Below are positions 21,190 through 30,697 of a DNA stretch of 32,000 nt, piece by piece (the first letter of the stretch is position 1; each line of letters opens with the position of its first letter). The position numbers were made by a program, and so were the translations under genes. Under the pieces are notes generated by a model. The model saw only the letters and a program-made list of their open reading frames with translations, made no database searches and was not told the origin of the DNA. This DNA is from a cyanobacterium endosymbiont of Epithemia turgida isolate EtSB Lake Yunoko (GTDB lineage Bacteria > Cyanobacteriota > Cyanobacteriia > Cyanobacteriales > Microcystaceae), in the NCBI RefSeq assembly GCF_000829235.1, contig NZ_AP012549.1:30001-62000 (forward strand), in the 5' to 3' direction.

Positions 21190-22136
21190 TGAATGAAATT
21201 AATCAGAATTTGTATAATAAGTTAAAACTTCTAGAGTTAAATTGTAACAAATAGTGAGCTTAAACAAACAATATTTATGAATGACTAAATAGTCATACCG
21301 TTTCTCAATCGAGCGTATTGTTTATAGAAAAAGATGCCATTCTCATTTGAAAAAAGGTAAAGTTATGACCATTGTGGTTACTTTTGGCAGGTAAAAATAT
21401 CGAAGCGGTAATTGGGAAAATTCATTACAGGGTTTTTCCCAATTGCAGAAAAGCACTTCTTAAATCTGGTCAGCTATAATTGTTTTGTGGAGCTTATGCT
21501 CTGGATATTGATGTTGCTGTGCTGTTTTTACAGACTTATAAAGAAGAAATTATAGGAAGTTGTTTCATCTTTATTAACCTTTTTATTTGATTGACTGCTT
21601 ATTACTTAATTTATCTGAAAAACTTATTAAGATTAATGTAGAAAGGTAGTCTGAATCTTTTCTTTATTGTTGACGATGACTATTCTAGGTGATGGTTAAC
21701 CTCGTTGCATTGCATTTATAAAAGCTTCTGCTTATCCTCCATCAAGAAAAGTGGCAACAAAACCGGATGTACCGACGAAACACCTATTTTTGCTTGTAAG
21801 CGATTGCTAAGTTCTTGCAGAATAGTATCCATCGTCATCTTGTTCTAGCCATTGTTCGTTCTGTCCCAATTAAAGTGAGTTTTCCTCCGCAGTGAGAGAA
21901 TAATTGTGTGCTTGTCGTTACTTCCTAAAGTCTAAAGAGACTATTAACAAAACTACAATTGACTTAAAAACGTTTTGCCCGCTTTCAACATAATGGAAAA
22001 CCGCCGTTATCAAACTTTGAAGCCGAGGCTTATGAAATAGTTGAAGGACTTGAAAAAATTCTTAGAGTTAAGGTTGAGTCTAGATGCAAATCTTTATTGG
22101 CTACCTCTGAAATCGAGGTAGTTGACGATATTGTAT
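21190..22136 (+). pseudogene. Heavily degraded transposase pseudogene, IS982-family-like (family assigned from memory)
   Basis: Plus-strand fragments in shifting frames: RKRCHSHLKKGKVMTIVVTFGR, GKIHYRVF, FFPIAEKHFLNLVSYNCFVELMLWILMLLCCFY, GSCFIFINLFI, LNLFFIVDDDYSR, ETINKTTIDLKTFC and RFQHNGKPPLSNF. They run colinear with the IS982-type pattern (SEIMTI..FH.S.YR.F ... FP.LVSYNRFVELM ... G.SFIDSTPL ... GNVDDR ... ETINDxLKNI ... H.RHRS..NF). There are many stops, and the boundaries are approximate. Confidence 0.5.
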
Positions 22137-22272
22137 AAAACACCTGACGAATGTTGAAGATGATGTTAAAATGCTCACTCCAAGATGCACTATCCTTCTA
22201 AGGCTGACTAAAATTTAGATCTGAGTCTAACTTTGTAATTAATCTCAATCCTATCTAATAAAATTAAATAAC

Positions 22273-24693
22273 ATGGTGCAATTGTCCCCCAAAACTGAAG
22301 AAACTCCTTCCCAACTTAAGACAGAAACCGTTGTTTTAGACGTACACGAGATGAAGTGTGCCGGATGCGTCAAGGCAGTAGAAAGGCAGTTAAGTCAACA
22401 GTCTGGGGTTATATCTGCTTGTGTTAACCTAATTACTGAAGTTGCCGTTGTTGAATATGAATTGGGGGAAGTTCAACCCCAAGCTCTAGCTGATAAATTG
22501 ACTAGGGTTGGTTTTCCCGCTAATTTAAGGAATTCGTCAAACCAGATCTTAAGTCTAACCCATTCGAATGCGGCTAAACGTAAGGAACAACAGAAGCTAC
22601 AATATCAATGGAAACTAACTACTGCTGCTATATTATTGGGATTTTCAGGGTTAGGACACTTACAACATTTAGAAAATTTTACAATTCCCGTGATAAGTAA
22701 TATATGGTTCCATGGGGGGCTGGCTACTGTAGCCTTATCAATTCCTGGACGAGAAATTATTATCGATGGTTGGCGGGGATTACGTCACGGGATGGCCAAT
22801 ATGAATACCTTAGTGGGCTTAGGAACTGTAAGTGCCTATGTTGCAAGTTTAATCGCCTTGTTATTTCCCCATTTGGGGTGGGAATGTTTCTTTGATGAGC
22901 CTGTCATGCTGTTGGGGTTTATTTTATTAGGACGCACCTTAGAAGGACAGGCAAGAAACCGTGCCTCCGATGCCCTAGAAGCTTTAATTGCTTTACAACC
23001 GTCTGTCGCCCGTTTAATCGGTGATCCCTTTACAGAAGATACTTCTAGCATCGAAATTCCTGTTGAACAAGTACAGATGGGAGAATGGATACGGGTTCTT
23101 CCAGGGGAAAAGATTCCTGTTGATGGAGAAGTAGTCACAGGAGAAACCCTTATAAATGAATCTTTAGTAACAGGGGAGTCAGTACTGGTTCCTAAACAAG
23201 CTAAAGATAGGGTGATTGCTGGAACCCTTAACCAGTCAGGAGCAATCACCATTAAAACAACCCATGTCGGAAACGATACAACTTTAGCCCAGATTATTAC
23301 CTCTGTTGAAGATGCCCAAACTCGTAAAGCTCCCATTCAAAAATTTGCTGATACAGTTGCTGGCTATTTTGCCTATGGGGTGATGGTACTGGCCTTACTG
23401 ACTTTAGTATTTTGGTTAGTGGTCGGAACAAAAATCTATCCTCAGGTCTTGGAAATGACCAGTCACAGCCACTCAATAGGAGTTAAAAAGGCAGAAGTTG
23501 CCCTCTTTTCATCTCCTCTTTCCTCTTCTCCTATATTATTAAGTGTAAAGTTGGCGATCGCTGTTTTAGTAGTAGCTTGCCCCTGTGCTTTGGGGTTAGC
23601 GACTCCTACCGCTATTTTAGTAGGAACAGGGATCGGAGCAGAACGGGGGCTATTGATCAAAGGAGGAGATGTCTTAGAAAAAGTGCATAAACTTGATACT
23701 ATTGTTTTTGATAAAACAGGAACTTTAACTTTAGGATGTCCGAAGGTAACCGACTGTATCCCCCTAGCCCCAATTAGCCCTCAAAGATTGTTACAACTGG
23801 CTGCAACGATTGAAAGTGGCACGAATCATCCCCTAGCGATTGCTATTTTAGAAGAAGCTCAACGTCAGAAATTGTCTTTCCTGAAGGCTGAACATTTCCA
23901 AACTCAAGCAGGACTAGGGGTAAGTGCAATAGTTGAAGGGAAATCGGTTTTCTTAGGACACAAAGACTGGTTGAAAGAACAGGGTATTACCTTAAACGAG
24001 GAACGAGCCTTAATCAAAGAAGACAAAACCCTAGTTTATGTAGTACTTGAGAAGGAAGTCCAGGGAGTTATCGTACTCGAAGATACCTTGCGTCCTGATG
24101 CAAAAGAAACCATAACCCGTCTTCAAGAAAAGGGACTAGAAGTTATTTTGCTAACAGGAGACCGCCAAATTGTTGCCGAGTCCATCGCCCAACAACTGGG
24201 CATTAATCAAGTGTTTGCTCAAGTTCGACCTACTGAAAAAGCTACTATAATTCACTTTCTTCAACAACAGAAGACCAAAGCTCAAATATCTTTTCTTTTA
24301 GCCTCTCACCCTCGATTCAAGAAAGTTGCTATGGTTGGAGACGGCATTAACGATGCCCCAGCACTGGCTCAAGCAGACTTAGGGGTGTCTTTACAAGGAG
24401 CTACAGAAGTGGCTTTAGATACAGCAGATATTGTCTTAATGGGAACACATTTATTATCGGTGGTTCAAGCCATTGACCTGAGTTTAGCAACTTTCAATAA
24501 AATCCGTCAAAATCTCTTTTGGGCTTTAGGGTATAATGTCCTAGCTATTCCAATCGCCGCAGGTATCCTACTACCAACTCTGGGAGTTAGTGTTAATCCG
24601 GCTTTAGCGGGAAGTTTAATGGCTTGTAGTTCCATTACCGTAGTCACCAATTCCCTATTATTGCGTCGTCAGTTTCCAACTCAATCCGACTAG
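22273..24693 (+). CDS. Copper(I)-translocating P1B-type ATPase (CtaA/PacS-like)
   Basis: 806 aa with an N-terminal HMA domain (MKCAGC). Other motifs: TGES (LVTGESVLV), CPC in ACPCALGLATP, DKTGTLT, GTNHPLA and GDGINDAPAL. Confidence 0.92.
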   Translation: MVQLSPKTEETPSQLKTETVVLDVHEMKCAGCVKAVERQLSQQSGVISACVNLITEVAVVEYELGEVQPQALADKLTRVGFPANLRNSSNQILSLTHSNAAKRKEQQKLQYQWKLTTAAILLGFSGLGHLQHLENFTIPVISNIWFHGGLATVALSIPGREIIIDGWRGLRHGMANMNTLVGLGTVSAYVASLIALLFPHLGWECFFDEPVMLLGFILLGRTLEGQARNRASDALEALIALQPSVARLIGDPFTEDTSSIEIPVEQVQMGEWIRVLPGEKIPVDGEVVTGETLINESLVTGESVLVPKQAKDRVIAGTLNQSGAITIKTTHVGNDTTLAQIITSVEDAQTRKAPIQKFADTVAGYFAYGVMVLALLTLVFWLVVGTKIYPQVLEMTSHSHSIGVKKAEVALFSSPLSSSPILLSVKLAIAVLVVACPCALGLATPTAILVGTGIGAERGLLIKGGDVLEKVHKLDTIVFDKTGTLTLGCPKVTDCIPLAPISPQRLLQLAATIESGTNHPLAIAILEEAQRQKLSFLKAEHFQTQAGLGVSAIVEGKSVFLGHKDWLKEQGITLNEERALIKEDKTLVYVVLEKEVQGVIVLEDTLRPDAKETITRLQEKGLEVILLTGDRQIVAESIAQQLGINQVFAQVRPTEKATIIHFLQQQKTKAQISFLLASHPRFKKVAMVGDGINDAPALAQADLGVSLQGATEVALDTADIVLMGTHLLSVVQAIDLSLATFNKIRQNLFWALGYNVLAIPIAAGILLPTLGVSVNPALAGSLMACSSITVVTNSLLLRRQFPTQSD

Positions 24694-24784
24694 TGACTTG
24701 GATTACGGGCAAAATTAACATCAGACTCACCCAGACAGATGAAATTTCCCATATTTTTTACGCTTTTGATATACTTGATAATAA

Positions 24785-25132
24785 TTAACTTGTAGCAGAG
24801 GCAATTAAATGCCATTGTTCATGTTGACTGATTGTTTCCTGAATCTGTTCAAATCGTTGTTGACAATGGTTAGTAACTTGTAAGGGTAATTCATCACTTT
24901 TGATCACCCAAGTAATAGGAACCTCATCACTCTTTGCTTTAGTGCTATCAATAAGAATTTCCACTGTCACTAATTTGGAGAAAACTACCTGACCTGGAAT
25001 TTCTCGTGCCATTATATAATCCGTTGCATTGTAAACTGATTCGAGTCCACACAATTGCAAAACTTTGTCGATTGCTTCAGGAAGTTGGTCTACAGGTAAA
25101 TTAACCAGATAAGAAGAAGTATATCGAGCCAT
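24785..25132 (-). CDS. Hypothetical protein (115 aa)
   Basis: Clean ATG-initiated ORF, divergent from holB across a 56-bp spacer. Its composition is similar to neighbouring genes. I recognise no domain. Confidence 0.55.
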   Translation of the reverse strand: MARYTSSYLVNLPVDQLPEAIDKVLQLCGLESVYNATDYIMAREIPGQVVFSKLVTVEILIDSTKAKSDEVPITWVIKSDELPLQVTNHCQQRFEQIQETISQHEQWHLIASATS

Positions 25133-25188
25133 AAATCTAAAATTCCTAATTAAAGATAGATTAATTAAAACTGTTACCTGCCATATTA

Positions 25189-26148
25189 ATGAGTATCAAC
25201 CCTTTTAAGCAACTAATCGGACAGCCTCAAGCTGTTAAATTGTTAGAACAAGCAATTGCCAAAAACCGGGTTGCTCCAGCATATCTATTTACCGGTCCTG
25301 CTGGTGTTGGACGTAGTTTAGGAGCTAAATGTTTCAGCGAAGCTTTGCTATGCGTCAACATTCCTCCTAAACAACAATTATTAGTTCAAAAGCGCATAAG
25401 AGAAAGAAATCATCCTGATTTATTGTGGGTAGAACCAACTTATCAATATCAAGGTCAATTAATTACGGTTCAAGAAGCTAAAAATTTAGGAATAACCCGC
25501 CAAATTCCTCCACAAATTCGGATTGAGCAGATCAGAGAAGTTACCCGATTTCTTAACCGTCCTCCCCTAGAAGCTCCTCGAATTTTAGTCATTATTGAAG
25601 ATGCTCAAACTATGACCGAAGCAGCTGCCAATGGATTATTAAAAACTTTAGAAGAACCAGGGCAAGCTACTTTAATTCTACTAGTTCTTCGTATAGATCA
25701 GCTTATTCAAACTTTAGTATCTCGTTGTCAGAAAATTACTTTCCATAGTCTATCTTCTGAAGATTTAATTAAGGTGTTCAAAGAACAAGGAAACGAAGAA
25801 GTTCTTCAACATTTATATATAATAGACATCGCTCAAGGAAGTCCAGGAGAAGCAATTGTCGCTTATCAAGAATTAGATAATATCCCAAAAGAACTATATA
25901 AAAAAATAAAAGAAATACCTTCTAATCCAATAGAAGCATTAGAATTGTCGAAAAATATTGCTAAAAAATTAGATATTCAAACTCAACTATGGTTAATTAA
26001 ATATATGCAATATTATTTTTGGATAAAATTTAATAACAAAAAAATATTAGAAGTTTTAGAAAAATCTCATCTCTATCTTTTGAGTCATGTACAATCTCAA
26101 TTAGTTTGGGAATGTTTGTTATTAGAGATCCTTTCTATACACTCCTGA
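25189..26148 (+). CDS. holB: DNA polymerase III delta-prime subunit (clamp loader)
   Basis: 319 aa with AAA+-like FTGPAGVGRS, VIIEDAQTMTEAAANGLLKTLEEP and the SRC motif (LVSRCQKITF). Confidence 0.85.
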   Translation: MSINPFKQLIGQPQAVKLLEQAIAKNRVAPAYLFTGPAGVGRSLGAKCFSEALLCVNIPPKQQLLVQKRIRERNHPDLLWVEPTYQYQGQLITVQEAKNLGITRQIPPQIRIEQIREVTRFLNRPPLEAPRILVIIEDAQTMTEAAANGLLKTLEEPGQATLILLVLRIDQLIQTLVSRCQKITFHSLSSEDLIKVFKEQGNEEVLQHLYIIDIAQGSPGEAIVAYQELDNIPKELYKKIKEIPSNPIEALELSKNIAKKLDIQTQLWLIKYMQYYFWIKFNNKKILEVLEKSHLYLLSHVQSQLVWECLLLEILSIHS

Positions 26149-27036
26149 GTCAACTGTAAGAAAATCCTGTTTATTTACCTCTGGTGTCATTCTACTACAC
26201 TACTACTTATAAAAGTAAGACTTCATGTGTCTAAAACTAAAGCAACACATGAGTATTGTTGTCACTCAAGGTAAATACTCTAACTGCAAGAAGCTGATTT
26301 ACTATAACCAAGTACAAAAAACTTATAGAATAAAGACATAATCAACTATTATTACAATTAAGGAAACTTGGCCGACAATTACCTTGATAAAGACTCTACT
26401 AAATTGCTAGATGACTTAGCCATTAAGTTCTACTTGTCAAAATCTGATAGCAAACTTAATAAATCAGTAAGTTGATTTGATTCAGAACTGTTACAATCGA
26501 CAACTCATTCCCCGTCAATCTCTTTATCTTTAACCTAAATACTCAGGGAATGTTTAAGAACATTGTAAAAAAATAGCTTCTGATCTATCTTGCTATTTGG
26601 TATTCTATGATATTCAAATGCTACTTACTCATAAGTAGTTTAAAATTCTTACCCAGCATGTAGTCTTCATAATTGGCAAAAATTTTTTCTCATACATAGT
26701 TTTGAAGACTTGATGATGGGTTAATCATTACCATTAAGTAGCTGCTAAATTAGGGGAAGGTGGTTACTTTACTAAATTATGTTCCTAGTCAAACAGTTCT
26801 CAACGAATGCTTGCAGGAGTTAGAAAAATAATAGCAACCACCGCAAATACTATTGATGATAGAAACGACCCCATACTAATTAGAGAAGAAATTCTACTTG
26901 ATTTTACTGAGCGATTAACGAAAAATAAGATTTTATTAGAGCTTAATGGTTTAATAGAAAGTTAAATGCACTTATCAGTTGACACTTGTCGAAAGATAAA
27001 ACAATTCTCTAGAAGTTACTAAAATAAATAGAACAA

Positions 27037-27663
27037 ATGGCAAAACAAGATTGGTTAGTCACAGAAAATGGTAATTGTTTAGGGTTTGATTCTCCTAGAG
27101 AATGGGATTTGTTATCCAAAACTAACCCCTATCGATTATATCGATTTTTGGGAGAACTTGAAGATATTCTCAATCAAGGAGAAATAAAAAACCACGAGGA
27201 AAAGGATTTACTAAAGTCTATTCGTCGAGTGGTAAGAAAGTTAATTCTTAATGTTTATTGGTTGAAAAATACTATTCCTGACCCTTCCCCAAAAACAGGT
27301 ACTGCGTTATCATTACTTTATGATGAACCTGGATTTTCTTTAACAATTCAAACCGAAATTATGTTATCAGGAACTACCACTTCCATTCATAATCATGGTA
27401 CTTGGGGGGTAGTCGCTACTTTGGGAGGAAAGCAAAAAAATAGTTTCTGGAAGCGATTTCCAACTTTAGAAGTTTCCAATCAACTTCAAAAAGTTGGGGA
27501 AAAAATACTTCACCCAGGAGATATTATTAGTTTTACTAGCAATGCAATTCATCAGGTAGAAGCAATAGGAGATGAACCTAGTTTTACCTTAAATCTTTAT
27601 GGCGAAACTCTCTTCAACCGTTTTAATTTTGATCCAATTACCTATCAAGCACAGAAATTTTAA
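27037..27663 (+). CDS. Cupin-fold protein, cysteine-dioxygenase-type-I-like
   Basis: 208 aa with metal-binding-type cupin motifs SIHNHGTWGVVATLGG and AIHQVEAIG. Confidence 0.65.
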   Translation: MAKQDWLVTENGNCLGFDSPREWDLLSKTNPYRLYRFLGELEDILNQGEIKNHEEKDLLKSIRRVVRKLILNVYWLKNTIPDPSPKTGTALSLLYDEPGFSLTIQTEIMLSGTTTSIHNHGTWGVVATLGGKQKNSFWKRFPTLEVSNQLQKVGEKILHPGDIISFTSNAIHQVEAIGDEPSFTLNLYGETLFNRFNFDPITYQAQKF

Positions 27664-27869
27664 ATAACCTGAAAATCTTTATGATAAATTCATAATTATT
27701 GACTATATTAATTAGAGTTAAATTCATGTTGTTTTAATGGATATTGTTTATACTAACTCCCTTTAACAAGACTTTGTTTAACTACTTGAGCCAAATTATA
27801 TTCATTCTTAAACATCTTCCCTACTATTATATTTAGCCATGAACTATAAATTTACATAATAGAAATAAA

Positions 27870-27911
27870 TAAATTGAAATAATAAATATATATATTTATT
27901 ATTTCAATTTA
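27870..27911. repeat. 42-bp perfect palindrome
   Basis: TAAATTGAAATAATAAATATA|TATATTTATTATTTCAATTTA is exactly self-complementary. The flanking pair 27869/27912 (a/g) breaks the symmetry. Confidence 0.95.
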
Positions 27912-29237
27912 GCTTTAACTGAATTACTTGCTTGTGCAAACTAGATAATTGTCCAGAGCAATTTTATTAATTATCATAATCTTCCGTCCTTCCTTTTCTG
28001 AAAGCCTTTCAATAATTTTTATATTTTTTTATTTTTATGTCCTTTTTATTACACTTTTTTCTCTAATATTTTATCTATAAATTATCTTTTTTATTGTATT
28101 TTTTAAAAGGTTCACCAAATTTATATTTTTTTTACTCTATGTCCTTTTATATTTAAACATAATATTGTTTCTCTGGTTCTAGAAAAAATTTTTAGATTAC
28201 AAGTAAACTTCGATAAAAAAATATAAATAAATTAGTAAAGTATGAGCACAGTTCTTTTGGAAAACTTCCTATGAATTAAAAAACTCTTTGAGAGTAGATT
28301 ACGATACCTCAATTATTTTTATAAAAACAAGCTTAGCAATAAACAAAGAAAAATCCAAAAATAAATTGAAAATATAAACCCGTCAAATCAAGAGTGTATT
28401 TTGTAGAAGACAACTTACTTAATTAAATTTAAATCGAGTAACTTACTCTGCTCATTAAATACTTGCCATACTCATCTCATAATTAATTTTAGATATCTGA
28501 ACATAAAACCCTTACTACACAAGCAACTTTCCTAGATAGTTTATAAAAATTTATTAAATCTAAAGTATTTTTGATAACCTCACTAAAATCTTTATGAGAT
28601 TCTGAAATTTATTATGTCAGTTAGTCTGTTACTTTTACAGGTTAACACATTTTATTATATTAGAATAGTCAGGACATTCTTTTTGTTTATTAAAAAATAA
28701 TAAATTCACGATGTATGGATCAGTAAATTTACTTCTTTACTGAATACTTTTACTCTTATTATTGACATGTAAATTATTATATCACAATATAAATTAAGAT
28801 AACAACTTCTATAGATAAAAGTAGACTTTAGCATAGTTTATAAACTTAATATATTATTTAAAGTAAGTGTTTTTACGTCAATCATTATTTAATATTTATG
28901 AAGCAATAGTTTTTATGTTTAAAAATATAGAAAATTTAACTTATTTATCAATATCTATAATTTTTATGTTAATTCTTTTCAAGAAAAATCAGTTGGTAAA
29001 TATTATTTAATACTTATTGTTTTTTTTAAAAACTTCATATTATTAGTCAAATATTCATTAAATTATCGACTAAGTTTAACCATTTTATACTCACTCTTGT
29101 AATTAAATTACATAAAGTTTATTTCGTTATAGGTTTAACAAATATATAGATATAGGATCGGCTGACCGTAGAAGTCAACCTTTTTCTAATAGAACTTTAA
29201 ACTCTTCTTCTTTAATTTAATCTTAATCTAGGTTAAT

Positions 29238-29263
29238 ATCAAGAAATAGATCTATTTCTTGAT
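29238..29263. repeat. 26-bp perfect palindrome centred on GATC
   Basis: ATCAAGAAATAGATCTATTTCTTGAT equals its own reverse complement. It is followed by TTATTTG. Confidence 0.9.
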
Positions 29264-29658
29264 TTATTTGCGTTCAATAAATCATTTTCTTCTATATTAT
29301 ATCATCTGATGCCACTAATATATTATGATATAATTCAAGTAATCTAATATTATTTTAAATAAAACTTTTTTTATATATTTAAAATTATAATTTTTGAGTT
29401 TTTAACTTCTACCTGCTATGAGCATAATTTATTCTTATAGCAAGTACACTATTTTTGAAATTCTATCTCCAAAAGACTTACTAAATTAGATATTATCTAC
29501 TTTTTTTATATAATTTTAACTTTTTAGGTACTTATTTCAGATACTTATTTTTTAGTCGATATCAATTAAAATCCAAAACCAAATATAATATTGAATTATA
29601 GCCTAAATCTTATTAGATAAAGCTATGCAATATTATTAAGGCAGGTTTTGATATTACT

Positions 29659-30482
29659 TTAATAGTGAACAAGAGGAACCAATTCATAACTGTTAATAGT
29701 TCCTTGAAAATAATCATTAATTGCTTCTCTTGAATAGGGAGTAACTCCAGTTTCTTCTCCAAACCACTTTTCATAAACCGCTACGGCTTCAAGTTGATCA
29801 CTAACAATTCCTTCCATAAATTTGACTAAACTGTAATTCACAATATTCCGCCAAGTAGATTCATCTTGAGGAAGTATACAAGTATAAGATTCATAGACAT
29901 AGGGAAGCTCTGGAACTACTTCTAATTCATTAGTATTACTTAATTCTTGTTTTAATCTTTATAGAATAATTTCATCACCTGTAAAAGCATCTATTATTCC
30001 CTTCTCTAGTTTTTTAAACCCATTATAATCTTTTACTATAACTAATTTAGCAGCAGGTTGTTGTTGTTTAATTACCCGTTAGTTGCTAGTTTTAGAAATT
30101 ACTCCTACTTGACGGACAACGAGGGTATCAATTGTTTCTATCTCGCTCCCTTTTTTAACTAAAGTTTTGTTACCACTAGCAAAATAACTTACGGTAAAAT
30201 ATACTGTTTGAGTTATTTTTTAAGTAACTGCTAAGAATCAAGTTTAATGGGTTTACCTATTTTTTTGAATATCTTTACGAATTACTTCGAGAATATCCAA
30301 AGAATATCCCACTCATTTCCCTGATCATTAACATAACTAAAAGGGATAGCGTCTTTACTAGTTCCGGCGGTAATTACTCCAGTTTATCTAATTCCTTCTA
30401 AAATTACACCAGCTCAACTGGAAGATTGGCTAATTGTAGCAAACATTTAAATTCAAATTACTAAAGTTAATTTTTTTCCCAT
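29659..30482 (-). pseudogene. Amino-acid ABC transporter substrate-binding protein (family 3 SBP) pseudogene
   Basis: Minus-strand reading starts MGKKLTLVI* and continues AGVILEGIR*TGVITAGTSKDAIPFSYVNDQGNE. After a frameshift it reads VGYSLDILEVIRKDIQK, followed by further stops and frameshifts. The final ~190 codons are in one frame: SYFASGNKTLVKKGSEIETIDTLVVRQVGVISKTSN*RVIKQQQPAAKLVIVKDYNGFKKLEKGIIDAFTGDEIIL*RLKQEL...WRNIVNYSLVKFMEGI...YEKWFG. The in-frame TAA stops are at 30079-30081 and 29959-29961. The 60-aa track ORF 29659..29841 is only its C-terminal end. Confidence 0.85.
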
Positions 30483-30697
30483 CGTTTCTTTCCTAAGACA
30501 ACTTAGGTTTATAGACCAAGAGGATGGAAAAAATGTTTCGTCAAAGTTGATTGACTTAAATAATAAGAGGGTAATTTAAGCAAGTCGCAAAGATACACTT
30601 AAAAATTTTCCGTTGCTTATGAGAAATAGATGCTAATGTAACTAGCTAGGTATGTTAACTTAATCAGTAAATCTTACTGAATTCTGCTTAGGCAAAA

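Noticed and set aside
21716-21838. 40-codon minus-strand ORF MTMDTILQELSNRLQAKIGVSSVHPVLLPLFLMEDKQKLL
   Set aside because: It lies antisense within the IS982-like transposase remnant. It is too short and unsupported to call.
22836-23336. 166-aa minus-strand ORF (also 22704..22895 + and 23463..23660 -)
   Set aside because: All lie inside the P-type ATPase CDS, whose frame carries every diagnostic motif. They have low-complexity composition typical of antisense or off-frame shadows.
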